From: Lingula anatina
Taxonomy: Eukaryota; Animalia; Brachiopoda
Direction: 5' to 3'
Assembly: GCA_051362555.1 (NCBI GenBank)
Contig: CM120640.1
Span: forward strand, 52,864,788-52,928,787
Length of the DNA: 64,000 nt
Positions 42,648 to 53,892 of this stretch are shown piece after piece (position 1 is the stretch's first letter; each line of letters opens with the position of its first letter). The notes under the pieces were generated by a model that ran no database searches, was not told the origin of the DNA, and saw only the letters and a program-made list of their open reading frames with translations. Made by a program: the position numbers and the translations under genes.

Positions 42648-43027
42648 GTGAGGATTTTATGAATAGTTTATCACAGAGAGGTACTTTTTCATTCCCGTTT
42701 ATCAGTTTATAGTTCACTAACTATAAGATAAAACAGTTCGTCCAGCAAATTTAAGTGTCATTTACACAATTATATGGGTTTCTTAGGAGCACTCTTTGAT
42801 CGTTAATAGTGCTGATCAATTATAGTTAATATTTTCTAATAGGAGAGGACTAAGGTTTCAAAGACAAAGAGACTAATTTAGACGAATTATGGTTCATATT
42901 CTGCGAGCGTCGTGATAGAAAATTTCACAAGGCCATTACATCCTAGGCAGTAATGGCCATCTATTATTCCGACATTATAAATATTCTTCATTTTCCAAAT
43001 TTAGGACATAAATAGAAAACTGGGAAA

Positions 43028-45126
43028 ATGTTGCCAGAATGGAGAAGTTTAGCTCACTGGGGTATGACTATTGTATTTTTCCATATCCTTGTTCTGAATC
43101 TAACAGGTGCCTCAAAACTGGAAGCCCTCAGGTGAGTTGTGTCATTTTAAAAGTCAGGATACATTAGAAAACTAATTACAGAAAATGTTGTGAACAGTTA
43201 CATACATTCCAGAGTAAGCAGAACTCGCAGAAAGAAAATCAGGTATTATTGCAAAACGCTGGGACGAAAGGTTATTTTGTTTAAATGACGTTTTCTTGGT
43301 CAAATGAACAAAAAATTGTAAATGAAAACATATATTTTGTGTCCTTTAGTGTTGATAAATGAGCTTGCCAGTGTCATGAAGGACCGCAGGTCTGGAAGTC
43401 TATTTATGATGTTGTCGGTCGACTGCAGTCAGTATGATGATGATGATGATTAGTATTGATACATTCATTGATTTGGGCCTTTGGAAAATTGTCTGTTTTA
43501 CATTCTTTAGAAGTATTAGAAACCTAAAACGCCAACGCAGCCAATTTTCTGAAATGAAGCGAGTATTAGAAGAAATCGACGCCGATTTATTGAAGCAACA
43601 GTAAGTATATCGAAACGATTTATTTTTGTGACACTCTTTGGTAGGGCCTATGTAACAATGAGCGCTTCTTCAGCGCATTGTTTACCCTTGGGCTTTTCTG
43701 CTGTTTTCATTTCTTCAAATAATTGCCCATACAATGTATTTCATATGAATCATATGGTGTCGTAATTCATTTTTTTGGTATAAATTTGAGTTTCAAGGTT
43801 GAAATTCACACGAATATTTGATAATAATATAGAACATTACGGATTACAGAAGAAAATGTCTTCTCGTATGGTATTTGTAAAGGTTTGAGTACAGCACAGC
43901 GTGTATATTTTCAGGAAACGGACATGTGCACTGAACGGGGGCATGAGCACTTTCTGTTTTGGAGAAAACATCCATGATAAAATGAACGCATATGAGTATT
44001 TGGGTAGCCACAAGAGTCCTGGCAGAAGAACCATCAGATCCACAGGAGATCTTCATGCTTGGCGGTAAGTTTTATATTTGGATTTCATCTGTTTTCTATA
44101 GGCTACCATACAAGTGTTTGCTCAAGTGTTGACTTACTGAAAGAATGGAAACCCCAACCAAGCCCTCTAAATGTGCCATTTGGATATGCAGCTTTTTTCA
44201 AGCAGTAATTTTATGTATATGGCTTTTCTTCATTTATTAAACGGAGACAATTTAAAAAAAAATTTTTTTAATACTGTAGACATTTCTTTTTATAGATTTG
44301 CAATTGAATTAGTTCTCACTTAAGGTATACAATATAGCACTTTCCGCACTCTTTTTAATCACTTTAGCACCACCGATGACGCATTTGCTGCAAATGCCTT
44401 GCGAAAAAATCTTAACAAAATTCTTTTCACGTCATTAATTGCTAGATGAACATAAGCATGTGTTAACATGGCGCAAAAACTTTTTTCTGGAAATATCAGA
44501 TCACAGATTACTGCAACTCAAGGACCATACAATGTGTTTGACCAGACAATCAACTTGTCATTTGAGTGCAAATTTGTTATGAAATGAAGTTGATATGGTG
44601 TCTACCTTTCACATTCCAATGTTGTGGGTTCACAAAATAGCTGTCTCGCGTTCTCAGAAACTGCACTGTAATGAAGTTAAGTTTGACGTTGTCCGTTGCA
44701 TGGCAAGATTACTTTTCCCGTGATAAGATTACTTAATGATTTTAATAAATACAACGCATCGCTGGTTCAACAGCTTTCATGATCATCGATCATTTCAGAA
44801 CCACACAATAGCGTTTTAAAGGAAGAAGGCCTACTTCTTAACAGGAAAATATCACGCTCCTGCCTCTTATATTTTGGCTTTGATAAATGATATTTGATAT
44901 TTTTTTCCCTCTGTTGAAGGCGAAAGTCGAATTTGCAAGATTTAGATAATATAACATAAAAGTTTACATATATATATATAGCATTGGTAAAAGCAACAAT
45001 CAAACACCCATTGTCAGAGACATCACATTGAGTCTTTATGACATCGCTTAACAACCAAAATAAACAAACAAGATGCAATGAAACCGGTCGGGGCAAAATA
45101 ACTGCTCTTCTTTATGTCTTTTTATC

Positions 45127-45157
<31 letters not shown>

Positions 45158-47153
45158 TAACAAATTAATATTATAATGTTCACTCAGATGAATATATGTT
45201 ATGCCATATCCTCGTCATTTAAGGCTTATCTATTTAGATTTACCATCGAGCCTTTGTCTTCCAATTTGATTTGGCACCAAAAAGACAAGATCATACTTAT
45301 AATATACGATAAATTCCTAACGTCTTCATCGAACAAATACATAAGAGTGGTTGTAGCGCATGCAGATCACGCTTATATCAAATGGCACCTTTCAAATTTA
45401 GTTAATTTCAGCAAGTCTGGTTAATTTTTTTTTTTTTTTTTTTTTTTGGTTTTCAGAAAACGAACCTGCAGCGTGAATGGAGGCATGAACCCATTTTGCC
45501 TCATCTCCGACCTTGACGCCAAGCTTAACGCCCAAGAGAAACTTGGCAGCAAATTCGGACCTGGTAAAAAACGTGACAGTAAACCGAAATCAAGGTAATA
45601 ACACAGTCATTTTCATGAGATCTCTAAATTATTTAAAGCATAGCTCTAGTCATCTGAACATAGGGTCTTAGCCTAATCTGACCGATTACTGACAGACAAC
45701 GATATTTTACAGCGGTATAAATCGAGAGAGTATTATCTTATAAAGCTTAACTTCCATATTGAAAACTTCTTAGTTTTAAATTATAAGTGTTAATATTCCT
45801 GCATTGAGACTTTCAAGTCGATATTGAAACTGTATTTTTCCACAGGAAAAGGCGTTCCATTTACTGGACTGGACCATGTCCATCAGGAACGGGCACCTGC
45901 AGTTATCCACTGGTCCCCGCCAGCCAACCGTCCCCGTCCATAGGGAATACTGGCAACATGTATGGAGTAAACACTGGCTTAGGTAAACCCAATTTTGGAG
46001 GGTTTGGTGAACCATTTAAGAGAGCCCAATCAAACAGTAACTTTTATCTTACTGATGAAAACCCCTACGCCTTCTACAAGAGAGGCAATCCAGCTGACAT
46101 GGACAGGTTCTACTTCAATGATGACGAGTCCATGTCCAACTTTTACAAGAGAGATGGCGAAGATGGAGAATTTGATATGTTTGTTCAGGGAGAAGACGTC
46201 GGTCTCGGAGAGGATTCCGAAAGGTATTTTTTCTTCACTTTTACAAATTTTCTATCGTTTTCCTTTCATACATGTAAATCTTACCATTATCTGAGCACTG
46301 TAAATGTTAAAACGATTTTTTTTGCTATAGTATCATTTTTAGTACATGTCAACCAGTTGAAATTGATAGTTGACATTGTGACATAATTACCAAAAACCCT
46401 CTTTACATTATTTCAGCGTTCTTCGCAGTATAGCGAGAAAGAGAAGTGGAATCTCGTCCTTGAAGCGTCTGCTAAGCAACTTGGATGCACGCCTTCATAA
46501 ACAACAGTAAGTTGCAACCATTTAGCTTTTAATAGTTAGCGAGATTTCTTATTTAGACAGTTAAAGAAGCAAAAATAATGAAAAAAATGTGTTCAATAAG
46601 AGCAATGCAAAAATTCATGAATAAGTGTTATATCCCTTTTCAATCATATGCTTTATAAGATCAAGGTACAGCTTCAAAAGTTACACTGATGTCTCCAAAA
46701 ATAAAATCACCATTAATAAAAAGAAAACTTCATGCCTCACTTTATCATGTTACCGACTCCAGGAAACGCGCCTGTCTCATGAATCTGGGCCACTCTTGTG
46801 ACGTGGAGAGTGCAGCGGCAGCAGCCGACACTTGGAAGTACCTGAACTCCGTCCACAGCCCAGGAAGGCGGCGCCGGGACACAAGGGCGGCCAATAAAGA
46901 TCGCAACACCGACGAAGCTGACGATAAAAGGGAGGTAACAGATGACAACTCAGCCGACGAAGAGAAGCGCGAAGAGGAGACGGCAGCTTCTGATGAATCC
47001 AAGGCGGACAAACGCGAAGAGGGTGTCAAACAAAAAGGTGGAAGCTTCTACAGTTTTTATCCATCCCGACGTAGTGAGGACTGGCAAAGTTCTGACGGTG
47101 ACGACGCTTCCCGGTTTTATTCCAAGTTTTACAAACTGGTTCCATTCTATTAA
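43028..47153 (+). CDS. Calcitonin-type neuropeptide polyprotein, about 446 aa; coding exons 43028-43131, 43511-43600, 43915-44064, 45457-45594, 45846-46223, 46417-46506, 46763-47153
   Basis: The first exon encodes the signal peptide MLPEWRSLAHWGMTIVFFHILVLNLTGA. Six GT-AG introns, all phase 2, give one open frame. It contains KR-TCALNGGMSTFCFGENIHDKMNAYEYLGSHKSP-GRR, KR-TCSVNGGMNPFCLISDLDAKLNAQEKLGSKFGP-GKKR and KR-ACLMNLGHSCDVESAAAAADTWKYLNSVHSP-GRRRR. An N-terminal Cys pair plus C-terminal Pro-amide in 31-33 aa is the calcitonin signature. Confidence 0.88.
43915..44064 (+). CDS. Exon encoding calcitonin-like peptide 1 (33 aa, C-x9-C, Pro-amide)
   Basis: ttttcag|G AAA CGG ACA TGT ... AGT CCT GGC AGA AGA ... 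TGG CG|gtaagt. The + strand frame is absent from the ORF track. Confidence 0.88.
45457..45594 (+). CDS. Exon encoding calcitonin-like peptide 2 (33 aa, C-x9-C, Pro-amide)
   Basis: Poly-T tract, then ttttcag|A AAA CGA ACC TGC ... GGA CCT GGT AAA AAA CGT ... TCA AG|gtaata. 16/33 residues are identical to peptide 1. Confidence 0.88.
46763..47153 (+). CDS. Terminal exon encoding calcitonin-like peptide 3 (31 aa, C-x7-C, Pro-amide), acidic KR-delimited spacers and an FY-rich tail
   Basis: ctccag|G AAA CGC GCC TGT within ORF 46689..47153. AATAAA lies at 47553-47558. Confidence 0.88.
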
Positions 47154-48391
47154 AATATCTCGTCACGAAACTAGATACAGTAGCTTATTACTTGTTAATG
47201 GTGGGTTAGAGGACTTTTATCATGCATTGCAAGTTGTGGCTCACTCATGCAACCTGTAAGCCCTGGAGCTATCTAGCGCTGCGTCCAACAGTGAGTTAAT
47301 ATGGCTTTGTATTTGATTCGTTCTAAACAAAAATCAAATTTTATTTGTAGATTGTCTTAAAGGCGGAGCACAAAAATGCCAGACCAAAAGCTATTTGCAA
47401 CTTGACAATGCTGAAAACAGATGGATTTGATATTTGCAAATAAGGTATGGTAGAAGTAACCGCTTCGTTATGTGCAATAATTTTTGCGCAGTCCAAAATA
47501 TTCATTGATTGCGCGACTGTAAATTACTGAAATAATTGGATAAATAAGGTTTAATAAATCTCTTACAATAAGGTAATAATTTTGATGTTTTTTTTTTATT
47601 TTTTGCTCAATTATAAATCCATATTTTTAAATAGAATGGTTTCAGATATGGTTCAACCTTAAAGCTAGGTTCTATGGCACACTTATCTATCACAGCACAG
47701 CAGTGTTGAACAGTAAAAAACATTAAGTGTATATCTCAGTGCATATATTACTTAACAATAACTCTTATAACACTATCAAATAACTGAACAATAAAATGTA
47801 AAGATATGTTACACACAGTGCACACTCCAAGATAAACTATAAAATACAAAACATGAAATATTTGCTAAAAATGTAATTAAAAATCAGTATATAAAATATG
47901 AACAATCAAATTATCAAAATCATACAACAGGTTATGAGATACACAGAAATATCCAGAAGTATTTTTCAACAAAGGCTTCAGATTTTACTAGAACTGTAAC
48001 ATTTTCTTCACCAGGACCATTTCATTTATGAAAATCTAGTCCAAATTCATGCAACACCAATATGGCAGCTTAATCATGTGACATTTCCTGATTTTCATAT
48101 GACCTGCAACAACTAAATTCTAGAATGTCTACTTTGCTGTTTTGCAGAATTTAAACTGTAGTGGATGAAAGAAATGTGGCACAGAAAGAGTTGAAAATAA
48201 AAAACATGATTTAAGAATATATCGCAAAAATTATTTCAATCAAGACAACATAATAAGTTATAAATACCAAAAAAAACTTACATCTATGCTAGTGATCATC
48301 TTGGGTCTTGAAGCAAATAAAACATTAAACTTGCTGTCTCTCATCTCTAATTTCGAGGCAAGATGGGGTAATTGTTAATTTATAATTTCAT

Positions 48392-49888
48392 TTACCCATC
48401 TTTTTCTCGCAGTTCTGCAAAATACAACTCAGGAATTTGTCCCTCTTCAACATCTGTTGAATTGGTACTTCTTGAAGTGCTTGCAAATTCAAAGGATGCA
48501 TTCCCAGATTTGACAAATTTGAGGCCATCATAGCCCTTCCTTGTTGGTAATCCGTTTATTACCACACTAAGTATATACCATACATTAGCCTCTAACTCCA
48601 CCCCAGCCATTCCCATATCAAACTGATATATATCACTCTTCATCTTCACCTTGCATATATCTTGTCGATCATAAAGACAAAGTCCATTCAAATCTGATAT
48701 TTGAAGTTTCACATTATATTCGGTGGACAAGCCTTTTTCTTCAGGCCCATATAAACCAACCCCATAGAGCAATATATTTGTATCACAGCAAAACACTATT
48801 GCATCAGTTTCCCTACCATTAACCACCCATCCTGATTCTGAATTTCTAAACCGTTTACATTTCTGCAGTTTGGAGTTTTCCTGCTTAGGCAAGCACCTCC
48901 TGCTGGTTGGAAAAGGGACATTAACTCGATTGCCAGTAATCAAATAATCAAGAACTTCCTTTGATTCTTCTTCCCGGAGGATTCCCTTTTGAACCACTTT
49001 GGAGTTGAAAAACTGTACACTTAGTAATGGAAAACGTATAAGATACAAACAATTCCCTAGTACCAATCTAAAATTAGTTCCAATGAGCTCTAAATCCTGT
49101 CTTTTGCATTCTGATTCTGCCCAATGGCAGCATGCTTCATATACACCTGACTCTGGACTACGCAGAGTATCTCGACTTAAAATAAGGGTCAAAGTTTCTT
49201 GCTTGATATGTAAAAATGACTCACACTTCAACACTGTTTCTGTATTGATATCTATATACTGCAGGCACTTGTCTAGGAGATCAGCCTCTCCAAATGACAA
49301 ACTTTGTTCCAGTATTGTGCAGACATTTTCATCGTCCATGCTCTCTTGCAAGTAACCCTGACAATGGCGAATCAGTCCTGATAAGAGGTACTTCTTGGCT
49401 GCATATAATACCGCCATTACATTGAGAGGGGTAATATTGCACTCTTCAAAATAAATATACCTGAAAATGGAAAGGGCAAGTTATTTCTTGCTGCAAAGTG
49501 CCTTTGCTCCCTGATGTGATTGTCCTTTACATATATTACTGGCATTTTCACTGTGGTCAGATTTAGATGAAAATATTTCATGGAAACCAGACCATTACCC
49601 TGAACTGTTTTCATTGCATTGCTTGTGCACTAATGGAAATGTGTTGTACCTGTGTTTTGTATGGCAAACAAAACAGAGAAAATACATTACCTGAGTACAA
49701 CCATAAAGCTTTCCTTATCTAGTTCTGGGACAACAATTTCTGGTTGCTTTTCTGCCAGTGTTCCATAGAACATTGTAAAGAACACGGAACTTCTACTGAC
49801 CAGCATATACTTGTGTGCTGGAATAGGCTCCTGCTCCTCTCCCACTATAAAACTCACATCAGAAGCAATGCCCTTCTCCAACATGTAC
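48392..49888 (-). CDS. BTB/POZ-BACK-PHR domain protein (BTBD1/2/3/6-like Cullin-3 adaptor); exons 49888-49691 and 49460-48392; 5' exon(s) not resolved
   Basis: BTB motifs SDVSFIVGEEQEPIPAHKYMLVSRSSVFFTMFYG and LRYIY...NVMAVLYAAKKY are joined across a phase-2 GT-AG intron. BACK motifs WAESEC and LYLIRFP follow. The PHR domain runs from CKRF..SGW..DAIVF..LYGVGLYG to STNSTDVEEGQIPELYF. Confidence 0.92.
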
Positions 49889-51894
49889 CTGAATAACACA
49901 TAAAAATATTTATAATGGTGTAAAGTAAATTAGAAATTAAGTGTTATAACTGGATTTAAAAGAAATGGTCCAGTGGTAAAATGAATATCATGGGAGAGCA
50001 TTTCAAGTTTTTTAAGGACAATAACTTACAGGAATTCTATACTGACCTGATCAGATCAGAAAATGTCCTAAAGTCATATTTTTATAACTAAATATCCTAC
50101 CAAATTTACTTACTTTTCCCAATTCAGACTCTAAAATAGTAAAACCCCTCAAATAAAAGCACCTGATGTTGACATTTCCTTATGAAATTCCAGGAAGACA
50201 TGAAGGTCCAAATGAACCCTGATTCATTTAAAATGAAGTTTTCTTAACATTACAAAACATGAATGTCAAGTGAAGGGATGGGCTGAGCCATATTTCACAA
50301 GTAGACCATTTGTCAAGTAAATCCTGCATGGAATAACTTAACAAACAAAATGAATGTTTTTTACATGACTGTTGTTTACTAGTGAGCAAATACCTAAGCT
50401 TAGCAAGGTGATTGTTGCAGTGCGCAAGGGTAAAATGCTCTGATTAATTAATAAAAATATACTATATTTGTTTGAAAATACCCTTAAGGCATTTTAATGT
50501 CTAAAACCTAGCAAAGCTACCTGTCTGTAACTATTCAAACCTTAAAAATGATAAACTAATCAAATTAAAGTACCTGATGTTGATATTCCTTTCTTAAAAT
50601 AATATTATAATTAATTTTGAACAAATTAAATTAATTAGAATAAGTACAAAACATAAGGGACACTGGTCAAGCACTGATTTGTGAGTAGGAAAAGATTGAA
50701 TGTATAGAATTAGACTTGGCACAAAAACCCTGCAGAGGATACCTCTAAACATGATTAATTAGCTATAGCTGATATTCATTGAATCATATTGGTCAAAGCT
50801 GAGCAAACATTAGACTATTATATCACTGGCCAATGCTTAATCACTGCTTTTCCTTTTGAATTTGGATAAACTAAACAATAACAGAGCAGAACATACAAGT
50901 CCACCAATTCAAAATTGATTGGATTTTGGAAGTCAAAAGCCACTTTCAACCGATAAAATAGCCAGGATACAAAGGCATAAACATTTCATTTCTGAAGTGT
51001 TATGCAAGATCCCTGTAGTAAATATTTCAGGGAATATAAGTGCAAGCTTGGGTTTGTCAAGTCCAACTATCTTCAAATATTTTAGTTTGTGGGCCATCTT
51101 ACTTTATGCTTATACATCTGTACAACTTTTCCCCACTTCCAATTAGCCAACACGGTTAATAAGCTTTAAGATAAGGAACAATAACTCTCTTTTTTCTAAG
51201 GCCACACTTTTTTATTTTTATGGATGACATCCTCTGAGTACCCCAAAATCGGTGCGAGAGGGCGAAAAAAAAAAAAAACAGTCCAAAAAAAAAAAACTGC
51301 TTAAGTAAAGGAATGCTGTCAGTACACAGCTGGAAACACAAATTTAACCACAGAAACACGTATCAAACTAACAATATGTCTTTATCCATGCTCTCAAAAT
51401 ATTAAAGCATTGTGAATACGTCGTAGAAATGTAAAAAAAGTCATGAATTGATATACTTCATATTACCAAATCTATTTAAGGTTATTTCATGCATTCATTT
51501 GGTATAGCAATCAATAAAACAAATATCAATCAAACAGTGTGTCTTTATTTGTATTCTCAGAATATTAAAACATTTTGAACACTTCACAGAAATGTTTAAA
51601 AAATGATGCAAAGAATGCTTAATACTACCAAATCTATTAAAGGTCATTTCAGACGATGCCATTTTGTCAACTTCAACTCACACGAAGCAGCTAAACTGTC
51701 AGGTGGCCTGTCCGACCTTCAGCCCACCAAATACCTCGACGCCCTTGTTGACCCTTTTTTCGCTACAGAAAACCTGGTATTAATGTGCTGCTTTATACAG
51801 AATGTCACAGAAATGTTTCGGCCGCCGCCAGCCTTTCGCACAATTGTAAAAAGGTGATATCTCCATGCCTTATATCAATGGCATACCAATCCAA

Positions 51895-52011
51895 AACGAT
51901 GGCGCCCGTTCTCTTTATGACTTTTATTGTTGTGTAATTTGAAAGTAATCCTAGAGATGAATTTGACAGCAAAGTAGCCGCATTTCCACGTGGCGAAAAT
52001 ACGCATGCGCA
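51895..52011. promoter_or_regulatory. CpG-containing candidate housekeeping promoter between the BTB gene and NCKAP1
   Basis: A YY1-like GATGGCG (about 51898), an E-box CCACGTGG (51986-51993) and an NRF1-like CGCATGCGCA (52002-52011) cluster in otherwise CpG-poor DNA. Confidence 0.4.
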
Positions 52012-53892
52012 GAAAGCTCATTTCCTTGCAAATTCAATAACAACGTTTGCGACAACCGACTTCGTTGGGGGCTGGGGGGGTTTTTTTTTTTTTTTTTTTT
52101 TTTGGAGAACGGGCGAAAATCCGTGCGAGCGCAGGATGTCATCCATAAAATTAAAAAAGTGTGGCCTAAAGGATATAAAAAACAGGTAAGGACAGAAATT
52201 CTGAAAATATAAACAAGAAGAAAATTGTGCACTGATCAGCATACATTCATTGGTGTGATGAATGTACATTTTCTTGGAAATATAAGAAATGCCTCACAAT
52301 ACAAAAATATATGCAGATTGCCAAAATAGGTACATCTCAGATAAGACATGTATTCTTCTGATAATCACCAAATTCAATTAGGCTTCCTTCATTTTTTTTT
52401 TTTTTCAAAAATTGATAAGGTATGATACCTCAGAAGGTATGATGTTGATGACAATTTCTTCAATGTGGAGCAGTTATTTGTATGACTGTCACAGTGAATC
52501 TCATGAATCTAACATTAAAATCATTTTTATGAGTCAACACCTCCTTCCTTTTACTAGTATTTCCCTTGAAGTTTTAATAATCTCTAAATTCATTTATATC
52601 ATTTAATGTTTTTTTAATCAGAACTTTGCAGAATATACTCAAAATTTGCTGCTTTTCATTTTTGTTAATTGCCAGATGTACCTTTTTTACCAGATGTACT
52701 GGGTACCTATAATATTTTGGCATAACATACCAGTATGTACAGGGTAGTACTTGTACAAGCCCTGAGCATGTTTCAAAAAGGAGTTCTGAAGAAAAAATGG
52801 TCTGTTGAATGCAGAACTGAGAAAGTTACAAATTTCTTTATATCCATACCAACCTATTGCATTCCAGGATGCCACAGTTTTTCCTCCAATCATCTGGTGT
52901 TGAATCCATGCCTACTAATTGTTTATTCCCAAAGTGAAACTGAAAATCATCAAATCAAGTTACTAGTAGAAAATGAACTACTGTAAATATGAAACATAAG
53001 TTACATGTATATAATTTTATATTGATATCATACAATTCACAGAAATTATTTGGTCAGAATAATATCTATTATATAAAAATTCTTTACTGATAACTCTGTT
53101 ATTCTATAAATTGAAACACACGGTCAATTTCTGCACAACATCTACCAAGATACTGGTAAATAATTACATGCAATGTGGTAAACAAATGCAAAAAATCTGC
53201 CATCAAACGTTGATCACATTTTACTTATATATCAAGAATTACTTAAAGTAGGCTTAATTGTATCTATAGGTATATATAACGTCCTACAAGTTACTTAAGT
53301 TTACTGTACCTGTGAAACTTCCCGACTTTCTTTTCTACACGTAAAGTACAGTACTCTACAGGTCAAAATATCTCACATTTCAGCTGCCCTCGTTCTACTT
53401 GATTTCAATGCATGTGTGTGACCAAACTTTTACAAATATAAGTTTAAGTTCCATCGTTTGATTAAACACCCCAGTGCATATCTAAACACTGCGAGGACTG
53501 GGATTGTTTTCTGGCTTTTTGACGATCACTACAGCGGTACATTGTCAATAAACACTCTCCATTCAAGGCCTCGTTTTGGATAGTGTTGTTAATTAGGTGA
53601 AATGATTTCATAGTGAGGTTTCTGTAACAAATTCCTGAACCGTTGATTTATGGAAATATTGAATTTGGTTATTTGAAAGCAAATTAAATGTTTTATAAAA
53701 TTTTGAAGACTAAATCGCATTGTTTATTCTCATTGTTTTTAGTTACTATTTATAAGAACATTGCGCTTTTCCTAATTTTCGAAACTAAACGTCATATATC
53801 AAACTACAACATCGGCATTGATTACTTCCTCCATTGAACATAATGGGCGGAGAACAAGGGTGAAGAATTTTTGTCCATTTCTGCTAATAAAA

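Noticed and set aside
46745-49355. ORFs 46745..47029 (-), 46942..47259 (+) and 48999..49355 (+)
   Set aside because: They are shadow frames of the calcitonin terminal exon and the BTB-PHR exon.
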